DNA of 64,000 nucleotides from Lama glama (Eukaryota). The stretch covers positions 11,720,001 to 11,784,000 of the forward strand of contig CM052816.1 of the NCBI GenBank assembly GCA_028534125.1, given 5' to 3'. The notes below the pieces were generated by a model. That model saw only the letters and a list, made by a program, of their open reading frames with translations, was not told the DNA's origin and ran no database searches. The position numbers were made by a program, and so were the translations under genes. Of the stretch, positions 49,131-64,000 are shown piece after piece; positions within the stretch are counted from its first letter, which is position 1; the number at the start of each line of letters is the position of its first letter.

Positions 49131-51089
49131 TAAAATGAAAAAATACAAGATACGATTTTTTAAATATTAACAGCACCACCATCACTCTTTCTAAAGTGAG
49201 CAGGGCATGCTGTTGTTGGAAGCCAGTTGGAGAAACTGAAATTACTTTTTACTAGACACTGAATTAAAAAGTAATAACAATGTTTTGTGAATCATGTGGA
49301 ATTCTTTAGTTAAGATTAAAAAAAAAAAACCTGACTTTGGCCAGTTAAAGCCAAGAGGAGTTTATTGAAGGATACCTGTGGTGCATATATTCAATGAGTG
49401 GCTCAAATCCTTTATTTCTATTTGTTGAAAGCTTGACAAGATAGGCTGTTTTTGTTAGAACAGGCACTACTCACATCTGTCTTAAAACTGTCCTAACAGA
49501 TACAAAAATCTATGAAATCTGAGTGAGTAAGTAGTGCCCCTTGGATTAGGTTCCAGCCTGCACAACTGTATGGATGCTTAGACACTTCATAAGTCCTTTA
49601 AGTACAGTAGAAGTCTGTACACTCTCTGTGGGGATCATAGCACAAAGAGAGAAGCTTGCCTCCCCCAAAGCTAGTCCTGAACACAAACACTGGGATATAT
49701 CACTGTGATGGCAGCAGTTGAAGACATATTTCTACAGATGCATATAGTTTTCTTTCTCTTTTTCTTTCTTTTTTTTTTGCCATTTCCTTAATTTTGTGGC
49801 TCAGGCACTGACAGCACGTAGCACCTTACATTGTACATGTACCTGTGGTATATTTTCCTCAGAGCTGTCTTAAAGAAAAATGCACCAGGATGCAGCTTGG
49901 GGTGTGGTGGCCGGGCTGTGATTGGCAGGAAGAATTGAAAAGCCTCACTGCCTGAATTTGTTTTAGACTGAGAAAGTTTTTTTTTCCCAAGGAATTGCTT
50001 CATTTATTCATTAATTCAACAAATTATTAATATAAATGGCTAGACACTGAGGATAAAGTGATGTGATGAGCAAGGTCAGTACAGGTCTTATCCTTACTGA
50101 CATAATAGTCTAAGGGTAGAGATAGAACCTCAGACACACTATCAGAATTGTGTCATAAGTTCTCTGATAAAAAATAAAAAGGGTATAGCTACTTATGGAC
50201 ATGAGTAGAAAGAATTACTAATCTAAGAGTTCTGGGAAGATATTATCTAGGTTTTGATTTGGCTCTGTCCCTGCTTTGATGAAATCACTGGCTTTTTCAC
50301 TGTGGGCTTTAACTAGGCACCTAGACCAATTTCTGGGTAAAAACAATTAGGAAACTCACGCAGAAGCATGACCGCCTTCACTTCCACTCTAAGCTTTAGG
50401 TCAGTGATACAGGAGGGTGGATGAGAACTGGAAATATGCCTACAAAGGAAAGTCCCCATGTCCTTGTTACAGGCAGAGATAGATCTAGACAGATAATTTT
50501 CATAGATAACATAAAAATTTCAATTATGATCTCAGTAGGCATTTAATACTGAACCCCTAAATGAAGTTCTTTTCATTTGTCTTGATCATCAAATTTTTGT
50601 TTGATGTTTTGTTGAGTGATAACCACAAACAGCTTGATTTGGCTGGAGAATGAGCTCACATAGCTCATTCATAGATGAGAGCTTGCTGGCTGATGGCTGT
50701 GGGCCACCGAGCAGTCTCTGGTCAGGGACAGACGTGGTGGGTGGAACGGGGAGTGGATTGTGGCAGTTGAGATTGCCATTTTAGCACAGGCGTCCAAGGG
50801 TGCCGAGAACTTGCCAGCATGACAGATAGCAAGAGAGGAAGCCAAGCCAATTAGGGGTGGCCTCCAATTCATGGTTGACAGTCAGGGATAATTTGTAGTT
50901 AACAGAGCAGGCAAACTCACAGTTTACACATGCATGCTTACTCTGGAAGTGCTTTGAATCGGATGGTCTCGGTGGAGCCTGTGTCTAGATTTGAACTTCA
51001 ATCACTGACGGGTTAATACACCAGCATCTCTTTTTAAGTTCTCTTAAAGTAACTACCTCACTTGAAAGAGCGATGTATGTGCTGATTGT

Positions 51090-51530
51090 AACAGTTCATT
51101 TCAGACTTGAGGTCTTTGTGCTTGCCACTCACACTGTCTAGGACCCTCTGTCCTAAGATCGTCCCCTGTCAGCTTAAATGTCAGTTCTTCAGAAACTCCT
51201 AAGCCTCTTTTTAAAGAAGTTAGACTCAATAAACTTCCTGTTGTATTCCATTGCTTTATTATCTTAGAGCATATATCACTTTTTGAAATTATCTTAAAGT
51301 TATTATAATGGCATCTTTCTTTATTGTAGGTGTTCTCTCTCTGGTCTGAATACTCTCTGAGAACAAGGACTTCCTCTGTCTCATTCACCATTGGACCCCC
51401 AGGGGCTAGAATGGTCCCTGGCATTTACCTCTCTGTGCTCCTTCAAGGCGAAGATCATGTCTTGGACAGCTTCCCAAGCTTGATGCCTAGCACGGTAAGT
51501 GACTCCCATCATGCAGATTTATTTAATAAG
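51090..51530 (+). mobile_element. L2 3' end(s)
   Basis: CAGCTTAAATGTCAGTTCTTCAGA; CTCTGAGAACAAGGACT..GGGCTAGAATGGTCCCTGGCAT. Confidence 0.75.
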
Positions 51531-52644
51531 ACATACAATTGAGATTCATAGAAATAGCTGATAATGAACATTAATTGAGCACTGTTGGAAAAAAAAGGGC
51601 CAGTTTCCTCTCAATCAATTTTCAGATTAATTTAAAACCAGCTGTTATTTTTGTGTATTTCTGTGTTCAGAATGCATTTGAGCATCATTCTGTGACAAGT
51701 GCTTTGAGAAATGAAAGAGAAGAGTGCAAGTGGTCTTTGCCTTTTGAAATCATCTACTCAGTTTGAAAAGAAGTGGATGATATGCATTCTAATTTCTAAT
51801 CTTTGGAAATGGTGCCTAGCTATGTTCTTAGATAAATAATGGGTTTTTTGGAAAGAATAAACAAATGAATGAAAGTAAGAATCAATGAATGAATAAAGAA
51901 GAGATGAATTAAGTGATGGAATTAGAACCAGACATAGGCAGTTATCAGAGTCGACGAGTCAGGGTGGGGGGACTTGATTGCATGAAGTCTTTTACTCATG
52001 GAGTAGACTTAATTTTTCACGTGTAGAAACCATTCACTGTTTCCTTGTGCTCATACCATTGTTTCTTACTTCCATGAGTTGTTCTTGTTGTCCCCATGCC
52101 TGGACTGCATGCTGATAATCTTCATGTTTGAAGTCCATTCACTGAAAATACAACCAAACAATCCAAACGTCATCATCTCAATGAAATATTCTCTGCCTCC
52201 CTGCAGTAGGAAGTTTCTCCTATCTCTGAATTCCTAGAATGCTCTACTGATTTCTTGCCAGTGGCACATAAGCCTTTCCATGTTATATTGCCATTGTTTA
52301 TGTCTGTTTGATCTTCCATTTTAGAACCTCAGCTCCTCAAGGGTAAGCTTATTGGTGATCATTGGAGTGGCCAACTTTCAGTAATTCATTCAATAAGTAT
52401 TTACTAAATACGTTACATGTCAGGCAGAGTGCTAGTATTGGAGAAACAGTTGTGAGCAAGTGACATTGACAAGGCAAACACTAGTTTGCCCTGGATTTTA
52501 GAGTTTAATAATCATAGTATTAATGGCTTTTATTGAATGCATCAGCCAATTGATGAGATAGTTATCTTAGCATATTGTAGTAGCTGAAGATGTAGGTGTT
52601 ATTTATTGTTTTCTTTATTCTGGGTAACTGCATTTATTTCCTTC

Positions 52645-53425
52645 TGTTTTATTGAAGTATAGTTCATGTACAATGTTTTGTAAGTTACAGATGTACAATA
52701 TAGTGATTCACAATTTTTAAAGGTTATATTCCACTTATAGTTATCATGAAATATTGGCTATATTCCCTGTGTTATACAATATATCCTTGTAGCTAATTTT
52801 ATATGTAGTTGTTTGTTCCTCTTACCCCCCAACCCCTGTATTGTCCCTCCCCTCTTATGTCTCCCTACTGGTAACCACTAGTTTGTTCTCTATATCTGTG
52901 AGTCTGCTGCTTCTTTTTGTTACAGTCACTAATTTGTTGTATTTTTTTCCATTCCACATGTCAGTGATATCATACAGTATGTGCCTTTTCCTGACTTAGT
53001 TCATTTAGCGTATTGCCCTCTAAGTCCATCCATGTTGCTGCAAATGGCAAAATTTCACTTTTTAGGGCTGAGTAGTATTCCATTGTGTGTATATATGTGT
53101 GTGTGTGTGTGTATCACTACATCTTCTTTATTCATTCATCTGTTGATGGACTCTTAGGTTGCTTCTATATCTTGGCTATTGTAAATAATGCTGTTATGAA
53201 CATTGGGGTATGTGTACCTTTTCAAACTAGTGTTTTTGTTTTTTTGGAGATACATAGCTAGGAGTGGAATTGCTGGGTCATATGATAGTTCTAATCTTAG
53301 TTTTTTGAGAAACCTACATACTGTTTTCCACAGTGACTGAACCAATTTACATTCCCACCAATAGTGTACAAGGGTTCACTTTTCTCTACATGCTCATCTT
53401 TGTTATTTGTGTTCTTTTTGATGAC
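52645..53425 (-). mobile_element. L1 3' end (same subfamily as 34006-35085), 5'-truncated
   Basis: TTTTATTGAAGTATAGTT start; ORF track 53154-53345(-) VQSLWKTVCRFLKKLRLELSYDPAIPLLAMY is the L1 ORF2 C-terminus. Confidence 0.92.
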
Positions 53426-53518
53426 AGAGTTTAGATTCCATAGATTATGGCATCATACCATCTCTGTTGTTTACTAGATATGTGACCTTAAGCTGGTAAT
53501 GCAATGTCTTGGAACTTA

Positions 53519-54010
53519 TGTCTCAGTTGTTTATTGCCACAAATAATGCTGTGTAACAAACCACACCAAAGCAGATTAAAATAGAATGTATTAAGCTCAT
53601 AAGTCTGTGGGTTCACGGGTGGTTCTTCTGGTCTGGGTCAGGCTAGGCTGGTTTCATTTTGTTTAGCTGATGTGTCTATGAGCTGGTGAGTCAGCTAGAA
53701 GGATGTATCAGTCTGGAATAGCCTCACCCAAGAAAGATCTTCGGCACATGGTCTCTCACCCTCCACCAGGTAAGCCTGGAGTTGTTCACATGGTGGTTAT
53801 GGGGTCCAAAACAGCCAGTAGTCTAGGTTCAGAATTGGTAGTGTCACTTTTGTCATATTCTGTTGACAGAAGCAAGTCGTAAGTTCAGACTAGATTCATG
53901 GGCTAGGGATTCTATCTTTTGATGCGAGTTATTGCAAAATCACAGTGTACAGAATGTGGATACAGGGGGACATGAACAGTTGCTGGCCATCTTTGTACGT
54001 CATCTACTAT
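53519..54010 (-). mobile_element. MLT1(G/H)-type MaLR solo LTR inserted in a MIR
   Basis: TGTCTCAGTTGTTTATTGCCACAAATAATGCTGTGTAACAAACCAC..CATATTCTGTTGACAGAAGCAAGTC; MIR halves flank it (53450-53518, 54011-54130). Confidence 0.8.
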
Positions 54011-54319
54011 CTCAGTCTGTAAAACAGATGATAATAACAGCTGCTACCTTACAGGTGATTGTGAAAATTATATAAGGTAATGTCAAAAGAACTGAGATGT
54101 TACCTGGCACTTAAGAAGTGTTGGAAGTTTGTTGTTACTATACCACATCCTCACAACCAAGCATAGAGAGATACAGTCCGCATCTTACAAATGAAGAAAC
54201 CTGGAGATTTAGGTCAGGTTTCTTGTCCTTGACCACATAGTTAGTCAGTTGCGGGGCTAGGGTTCAAATTAAGGTTTGTTTGACCTCAAAGCTGGTAGCA
54301 GAGACTTCCTGAGTATTCA

Positions 54320-54680
54320 CTGAATCTGTTTTTGTTTTTCCCGGCCTACATTTTCCAGCCTCCTTTGCTGCAGGTGTGAGAAGGTGATTAGTTTTTGCCC
54401 ATAAATGGTGAGCAGTATTGCTCAGGGGATGGGGGAAGGAGTCCAGATCTGATTCTCTACGTGGAAGAGCAATTCCTACAGATTAGGAACACTGATTTTT
54501 GGATGTTAGTGAGCTAGGAATAAACTTTTACTGTGAATAGCCAATGAAATGTTAGAATTTGTTACAGTAATTAGAAAAACTACTAGTTTAGTTCTAACTA
54601 ACTAGCTGTAATAATAGCCATAACAAATTAGTTAATTATAGCTAGTTGTTACTAGCTATAACAAACTAACCAATACAGAG
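54320..54680 (+). mobile_element. MLT1-type LTR with expanded AT-rich quasi-palindromic 3' end
   Basis: CTACATTTTCCAGCCTCCTTTGC..AATAAACTTTTACTGTG..TTTGTTACAG..CTAACCAATACA. Confidence 0.7.
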
Positions 54681-56764
54681 TTTAATTTCTAAAACAACGT
54701 GGAGTACAATTTATGACAGTGAAAATTTTTCTAGGCAGTATCTTACACTCTAACATTCAGTGAAGAAATAAGAAATTTCCAAAACTAAACGTAAGCTTTC
54801 TGGTCCTTTAATACTATGTGCCATTTGCTCTTTATCTTCCTCTCTGTCTGTGATTTCCTCCCTTTCCTTCTACTTGGAGAAACTTGTTCCTTTTTCATCA
54901 AACCAAACTAACTATAGGGTTAATGTGCATTTAATCTGGACCAGAAGATCAAATTCTCTGTTTAGAATATCGTTATTAGGGTTTGTTTTATTTACACGAA
55001 CAAAAGAAAAGTATATTGTATGGCAAAATGAAAAAAAAATTTAGGTGGTCTTTTTTTATAGATTGAAAATGTTTGTTTCAGGGCCTCTGTTGTCCAGTTC
55101 GGAGGAAATGATTAAGGATTTGGGGGTGGGGTCAAGGAAATTTTTAGAAGATTATGAAAGTGAGTTTTAAGCACTTTTGTGGAAAGAGAGGAGTTGAAAA
55201 TTAAAAGTGAAGAAAATTAGAAAGACAAAAAAAGCTAGTCAAAATAGAAAAAAATAAATGAACCTTACTTGAAACCAAAGAGCAAGAAATTTACTCTCCC
55301 TTTGGCCCAGAAAGAGGAGTCCATACTAATTGGCACCATTATAGAAGCTCTAGTGAGACCATTAGAGCTTTAAATTATGACCAGTATTTGAGACCTCTGA
55401 TATTGACATTACTCAAAGAATTTGCCCTCTGCATTAGAGGACCATAGAATCAGAGAGGCAGATGATATAAATGTGGAACCATGGAATAATAAGTCTAGTT
55501 ACATGCCTTAAAAGGAGAACAATTAACAATATAGTGAAATAGAATCCAACTTAAAAAAATTCTGTTTCTGTTCAGTAAGCTCAATTTTAAAGAAAGAATA
55601 ATAATATAGGTAACATTTAATGAGTACTCACCATGTGCCAAGTGCTCTGAGTTGAGCAAGAGGCAAATAATAAAATCAATTTGAAATTTAAGATTTTATG
55701 AAAGCAGATCTTTTTCAAGGTGTACAAGGTATCAGGGAGATTTTGGGTAGAGGAAAAAGATTAAAGTCTTGGGTTAAATCTTGGCTATGGCATTCAGGCA
55801 GGCGTGTTACCTCTCCAATCCTCTGCTGATTCATTTGTAAACTGGAAATAATGATAACCTCCACTTAAGGTCAATGAGATGAAAGGTGTGAAATTTTCAA
55901 GCTGCAAAAATGCAAGGCACATAGCCATATTTAAATTAATCCCTTACATTTACGGACATGCATCTATTCATTTACAGTGGGGTCTGGTGGGAAGAAACAA
56001 CACAATTATTTTTGCAGTGGTTCATGTCTAGGGAAACACCCTGTATGTCACTAATACCTTTTATCGCCCAATAAATAAGCAAAAACTGACAACCAGATAA
56101 ACACATCACAACAAAAACATGGCTCTGAAACAAAGCAAGGGACAGTATTCAGACAGCTGCAGATGGTAGTTACACGATGGAAGTCGTAAATGAGATAGTT
56201 CACTAATGTATTTCATTTCTTCCAGTAAGTCGTTAGATACTTAAGTGGCTTGTACCAGTTTTCTTTCCATTAAATATTCATATTTTCTAATGGAAATTGT
56301 TCTGACAAATTGGGTAAATTGAGCAACTTATGAATTAATGCCTCAGAAAGAGGAGTTTTGGAATTCCCAGTGAGTGAGCTAATGCTTAAATGATTAACAC
56401 TCCATTGATTTTATAATTAAAAAGCTGGAAAGTAAATATAGTGTGTGCTTTACATGTTATGATAGCTGTTTGTCTTGATGCTTAGATCACAAGACTTGTG
56501 ATTGCAGATCTCCATTAACTATGCAACATATCACCGTGCTTGCATTGAATGAGCCTCCTTCAGTTCTCTAGGGACGAATTCCTCCATTATGTCACCTATA
56601 AGTTAGAAAATGCAAATGAACCACACTTACTATTTAGATGTGAAGGAAAAGATCATATGTACTAGAGAATTTAAAGACCAGGAATTTGAATACAGGATGT
56701 ACTTTCTGTTCCTGGTAGGCAAGTGGATGCTTGAGTTTCTGGGGAACTATGAGAAACTTAACCT

Positions 56765-57090
56765 TAGTTATTCAACATTAGTCCAGTAAATGTTTACTGA
56801 GCGCTTACTCTGTGTTCAGGAGACAGTCGTGAACAAGGAAAACATGGTGCCTGGAATCAGGGGACTTAGAAGGTGAATGAGCAGGTGGTAACACAGTGTG
56901 AGGAATGAGACGGTAAAGAACTGTGAGAACTCATTCAAAGGGACGGATTGGTCAGGAAAAGTGTCCCTGATGGGATGACTTATGCTGGACCCTGAGGATG
57001 AACATGACATAGGAGTTTTCCAGCAGTGGTAACGATATGTGCAATGGCCATGAAATTAGAAAGAAGATGGCACGTTTGTGTGGCTGAACC
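56765..57090 (-). mobile_element. L2 3' end
   Basis: CAGTAAATGTTTACTGAGCGCTTACTCTGTG..TGGTCAGGAAAAG..GCTGGACCCTGAGGATGA. Confidence 0.8.
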
Positions 57091-57398
57091 ACACTGACTC
57101 TGTGTTGTCAGCTCCATCTTAAGCCCGAAGTCCTGCTCCCTCTCCTTCCATGTGACTGAGGCTTAGCCTCCTCACAAGGGATGTGCCCAAGCCGGATAAA
57201 TTCCTCTGTCATCTTTTACTGTTGCCTTCATTGGACATGAAAACTAGTATGTCTTCTGTTGACTCAGATGATTAGTGGTCACGAGAGCCCCCAAGGGGAG
57301 GGAAAAACCCTGCCTCCCAGCAGTGTGAACATGCTTCTCACTTGGTAGTTAGAGTCTATTTTTAGCTTGGCCCCTTTAAATGCACCTGTACCTCTTTT

Positions 57399-59112
<1,714 letters not shown>

Positions 59113-59284
59113 CTGCTGCTTCTTAACTACAAAGGTATTTATACATGCCTCTGACCCAGGAATGCCATAGTTAATACACTTTGTCTCACATGAATTTTTC
59201 TTTAAAGCTCATTTCTCTTGGTTCTTTCAGAAGGGCTTCAGTTTGACAAGATCTATTGTAGGCTTTTATATAGTGAATTTTACA

Positions 59285-59845
59285 TGTTGATAATAGCACC
59301 TTAATTTTTCTCTGAGAACTATCATTCCTCCATTCTGAGTCCATATTATTTGGGTGTGGCTAGATGTGCTCCAAGCCCAGGGGTAGGTGTGTTTCAGGCC
59401 TAAGCCTATATCCTTGGTCACAGTCATTTGTTCAATGACAGGTGTGTGGCCTAAGTCATGTTAATTGGGTCCAATCAGAGCTCATTTGGGGGAAATTCTT
59501 CTTGAGCTACTGGCATAAAAGTACTCTCTTTTCTTTCTACTGGTAAGATTACTGGTTGGATGGGATGTGGAATTGGAGCTAATGGCAGGCTTCTTGTCAC
59601 CATGAGGAGAGAGAGCTTTCTTGAGAATGGAACAAGCACAGGGAAGTGCAGAGTAGAGAGAGAGGAGACCTGGAATTTTGGGAAAAACCCCCAACTTTGT
59701 ACTCTGGATGCAGCTGTACCTGAAATGAAAAAAAATCCAGTCTTGGTCTTCTCACTTTTATACGTCTGTTTTTTTTTTTTCCATGCTGAAGCCACTTTGA
59801 ACTAGAGTTTATGCCACTTGCAATGAAAAAAATACTGACTAAAAA
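59285..59845 (+). mobile_element. Old MaLR LTR (MLT1K-like)
   Basis: CCTTGGTCACAGTCATTTGTTCA..CTGGATGCAGCTGTACCTGAA..CCACTTGCAATGAAAAAAATACTGACTAA. Confidence 0.7.
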
Positions 59846-60399
59846 CTTACAATAACACTATTGTCAACCTTAACATCATTTAATGGAATGGACCCCAGAA
59901 TTATGTTACAATAAAACTTTATTAAATAGAAAATTCTGAGATCTATAAAAACATATTTCTTTCTATGAGGCATTATAATTATTCTTTAAGACATTTGTTC
60001 ACTTTATTCAACAAATATTTATTATAGATACACTTTTTCATATACTGTGTTCTGCTTTATGTATTATACCAAATATTTACTTGATTTATTTCTCATTTCT
60101 TTGTGATCTTTTGGTGGGCAGAATACTCTTGACCAACCTCAAATCTAAGATTTTAGAAATAAAAATAGAGACAAGATATCCTTGTTTGAAAAGTTTCATT
60201 CTTTTTAAAAATTATGTTATTCTCAGGTCTTTGAGAAGGGACAATTAATTCTTCCAAACTCCTCTTTTTCTACCCCCTTGACACATGTCCCATGTTAATT
60301 ATCTCCATAATTTTCTGACTATAATTTGGAGCACTTTAGAACACTGATTGTGTACCATATTATGACTAGAATAAATGGGCAGCTTAAGAATAAATCTGA

Positions 60400-60572
60400 G
60401 TCTAGCTCTGACCCTAGTGCATCAGAATCTGTTGAGATTATTATTTACAATGAAAATTCTTGGGCTCCTTTTGTCCTGAGATTCTGAATTGGAGTCTTTG
60501 GGTAGTCCTAGAATGTGTATTTAACTAGTTCTCTTGGAGAATCACATGTACACAAAAGTTTTGGAATTACTT
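60400..60572. mobile_element. MER5A-like MITE
   Basis: GTGCATCAGAATC..AAATTCTTGGGCTCC..GAGATTCTGA..AAAGTTTTGGAATTACT. Confidence 0.7.
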
Positions 60573-62679
60573 GGTTGCTTGAGGAAAAAATTCCACAAGC
60601 ATTCCAGGATGTAGCAAAGACATTGATTGACTTTGAGACCTAGATCATCAGCATTTCATATTATTTATCCACTCTAGTCCACATCACAGCAAAAAATTAT
60701 TTTTAATGATCATAAATATTTCACACAGAAGAAATACCTTCTAAACATTATTCACATACTAATGTATGAGCAGAATAGTATTAATTAATCATAATATGTT
60801 CATTAATTTTAATTAAAGAGTCTGGCCTCTGTCTAATTAGGGATTAGCTGACTGATACTAACTTAAGCTGCACTAGTTGGGCTAATGCTACTTTTTTCAA
60901 ACAAAATAAAATAGCTTGTTCCTAAACTCTGTTCTTATATATTTTGTCTGAACTCCTAAAACAGCTTAGTCAAGGCTCTTTTTTTTTTTTAACACTAACT
61001 TGAGTTTGGAGTTTTGAAGTTCATCTAAAAATCTGTATTGCTTTGCAAAAAGTTGATACAGTGGATTCATGTAGGAAGAACTGGATGTGAGAATGAGATC
61101 TTCGAATGTAGACACAGTCGCCTGAAGTTGGGATTTGGAGAGAAGGTCTAACATAGAAGTTTGCATCACAGTGGATGCTTAGAATTTTTATTTTGGCAGT
61201 TTCATAAATCAAGTAGAAATCTTACTGTGCCCACAACATTGTCTGGGCCCTCGTAACATTCTTGCATAGTTGTATACTTGTATAAAACAGTAACACTAAA
61301 TAGAGCCACAGGAGATGAGTTTCTTTCTCAAGATCACTCCAAATGTTGGCTTCTGATCCTGGCTAACTAGCTTACATTTATTGACTTCATGCATCCATCC
61401 ATCCATCCGACAGTGTTTATAAAGTGCCTGCAATATGCCAGGCACCGCACTAAGCATTTAGGATGGAATGCTGAAGAACATGGACCTAGCCCTGCCCTCA
61501 GCTTATCATTTGGTGACTCTGCTTATCTGTCCATCTGGTCCTATGTGGAGGGACCCAGAGCATAGTCTTTCTCAATTTTCAGAACATTATTTTCGTTCCC
61601 ATAAGTTACAGTCTTGTTAGTTTACTAGATATTTCATCTAATATTCATGATGATATCGTGACTTATATCCTGTAGTTCTGTGCATCTCAGCCCAACGTTC
61701 TGCAGGAGGAATACATAGGTTTTTCCACTAATTATCACCAGACTACTTTCTTGCAGAGAATCTTACCACAGGTAGTACAAGATGATTGTGCCCTGTACTA
61801 AGTTACAACTCCAATCTGTAGCTTGCATCCCCCAACTTACTTCATTGGAAAGAAGTGTAAATATTCACACTACTGACTCCCAGAACTACTTTAGGATCAG
61901 GAGGCATGTCTTGAGGGGCCAGGTGGGACAGGAATCGCTTGTGGGTTCCATCAGTCAATGTGGGCAGTTATGATCAGTACACTTTAGGAAGATAATTAAA
62001 TCAGCTCAAGCACATGTGAGTGCTTGCCTATCACTCCAGAGCATAGGTTTGAAGGAACAGGTACTCATACAGAACTGTTCAACGGATTGTGAGTTCTGCC
62101 AAATGATGGTCATTCTGGCTAATGATGGTCTGATAAATCTCTCTTAATTTTCTAGGTTTCTAGGTGGGTATGTTTTCACTGACAGGGAGACACAGTTTCA
62201 GGGAAGTGCCTGGGGGAATCAAATCCACCCCTTCGAGTTTTGTAAAGTAATTAACGTGACTAGAAAATTGGGAGTAATACTGAGGTTATGAGGCCACTAT
62301 AAAAAATTGACTCTAAGAGAATGTTTTAATAACCAAATGACACAAGGCTAATAACATCTGCCACCTACATTGTTCCTTCTGTTTTCTCTGATCTTGGGGA
62401 GACAGACTGACTAAGCAGTTTATCGTCATTTTTTAGTGTTCTCTTACGTCTTCAGATCACATCCTGCGCATGCGGGTACGACGCTCTGGATTGGATGCTT
62501 TCTTTTGCTGTTGATACTGGGGTGAAGTTGGTACAGATTTTCCCCTTAGTGGAACCAGAAACATTTTCCCTCACTCTCCGTTACAAACTAAGGGAGCTTC
62601 CCTGGACCTAGTTGGTGTGGCAGCAATGGCAGTGAAACTAGCACAGTTGACACCTACATGCTTGTGTAGTATTTTTACA

Positions 62680-63420
62680 CTGTACAAAATATTGTCATAC
62701 ACATTGTTATATTTGATCTTCAAAGCTATGCCATGGGGTGGTTATTGTTAAATTCATTTTACAGGTGAGGCAGTTAAGTCTCTGTGGAAGACTTATTGAA
62801 GGTCACATGACTTGGAAAAGTTAGACCTAAATTAAAATCTATTTCCTCTTAACCCAGTATCCTGTTCCTCCCCCACAACACTGAATGCCATTCACAGAGG
62901 TAGCTGTTGCATCATGTACTGTCCAGATGGGAGATATTATTGGATACATCCAATAATAAAGGTAATGAAATGTAGTTAACAGCAAGAATCATGACACATA
63001 GTTCAGTGTTAATGGCATGTGCTCTGATAGACCCATATTCAAGTCCCAAGTTTACTCCTTATGGATTGTTTGACCTTGAACGAGTCATCTAAATTCTCTT
63101 AGACTCAGTTTCCACATCTGTTGGAAGCAATGAGTATCCCTTAATATTGCGAGGATTAAATGAATCATCCACATAATGACAGTAGTGAGATGCTGATGAC
63201 TATTGGTTTGGGATCCTAGGTAGGTATTAAGTGCCAGATATTCTACATACATTTTCTCTGGGTCTTGTAATAATCCTGTGAAATATGTACTTTAATTCCC
63301 AATTTATGTACAAGGAAATGAAGACTACAGTACTTATGTAACTGGCTCTGGGTCGAATGGCCAGCAAGAACCTGTGTTAGGATTTGAACCCACATTGGCC
63401 TGGCCCCAAAACCCATGTTC
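62680..63420. mobile_element. Cluster of three MIRs (about 62680-62850 minus, 62995-63170 plus, 63220-63420 minus)
   Basis: CATTTTACAGGTGAGGCA..AAGGTCACA; TGACCTTGAACGAGTCA..CTCAGTTTCCACATCTGT; AGGATTTGAACCCA. Confidence 0.75.
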
Positions 63421-64000
63421 TTTGCTGGTTCAGTTGATGTAAAGCATCCTTTGAAAAGGATGGAGGACTTTAAAGTATGCTGGGCAAAGACTTCACCTGA
63501 AATCAACTATTGGACTAATTCTCTCAGATTGTTGACATTCTGTAAGTACCAAGTCCATGTCATACTCATGGTAGAATTTAGTTTACAAAGAGGTTTACAG
63601 AGTAAAAGGTTTGAATTTTACCATTTAGCACAAGCAATTGGGAAGCTATAAATAAAAATGTTTCTTTTTGTATTAATGAGCTCGTATGTGTTATCCTAGG
63701 TTCTTCAACACCAAAAAACGTAGATCAAATTCGAAAGAAACTGTGCCTTGGGGGGAAAAATAGTTTAATGAAAACCTAAATTGTGCCACACAAAATTGTG
63801 ATTCTGTACTTAGCAGACCAGCAAATGGTCATTTACGCTTACAACTAAAGAGCTTTAGTGCTTTCTGTAGTACTTATACCTGTATTCTTACATCTTGTCT
63901 CCTCTATAAATCTGGGAAACAGTCAAGGAAAATGTTCCGCGCACTTCACAGCTGAGGAAGGAGAGGCCCGGAGGAGTTAAATTTCCCATCAGAGATCACA

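Noticed and set aside
60966..61212. Minus-strand ORFs with protein-like composition
   Set aside because: Short, no recognised homology and no clear splice sites.

Overview
Mammalian non-coding genomic DNA, probably from a camelid. The evidence is two Vic-1-type tRNA-derived SINEs and lineage-type L1 3' ends, both identified from remembered consensus sequences. The window is densely tiled by ancient L2, MIR, MaLR/ERVL LTR and hAT/Tigger MITE relics plus younger L1 fragments, and has a 500-N assembly gap at 38158-38657. I could not identify a protein-coding exon of any recognisable gene; the only real coding-derived sequence is a decayed L1 ORF2 remnant (~57400-59110, minus strand). L1 fragments lie mostly on the minus strand, suggesting a large intron of a plus-strand gene. 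I found no evidence for a new multi-gene biological system. The best signals are retrotransposition and repair footprints read directly from the sequence: a U6 snRNA 3'-fragment retrocopy with target-site duplications (TSDs), a twin-priming inverted L1 with a probable ~360-bp 3' transduction inside a split L2, a second short transduction, an internally collapsed Vic-1, nested L1s with a fold-back junction, and a 43-bp near-identical tract shared by two old L2 tails. There are also a few speculative exon and enhancer candidates. Repeat boundaries are approximate unless TSDs are given, and subfamily names need RepeatMasker/Dfam confirmation.
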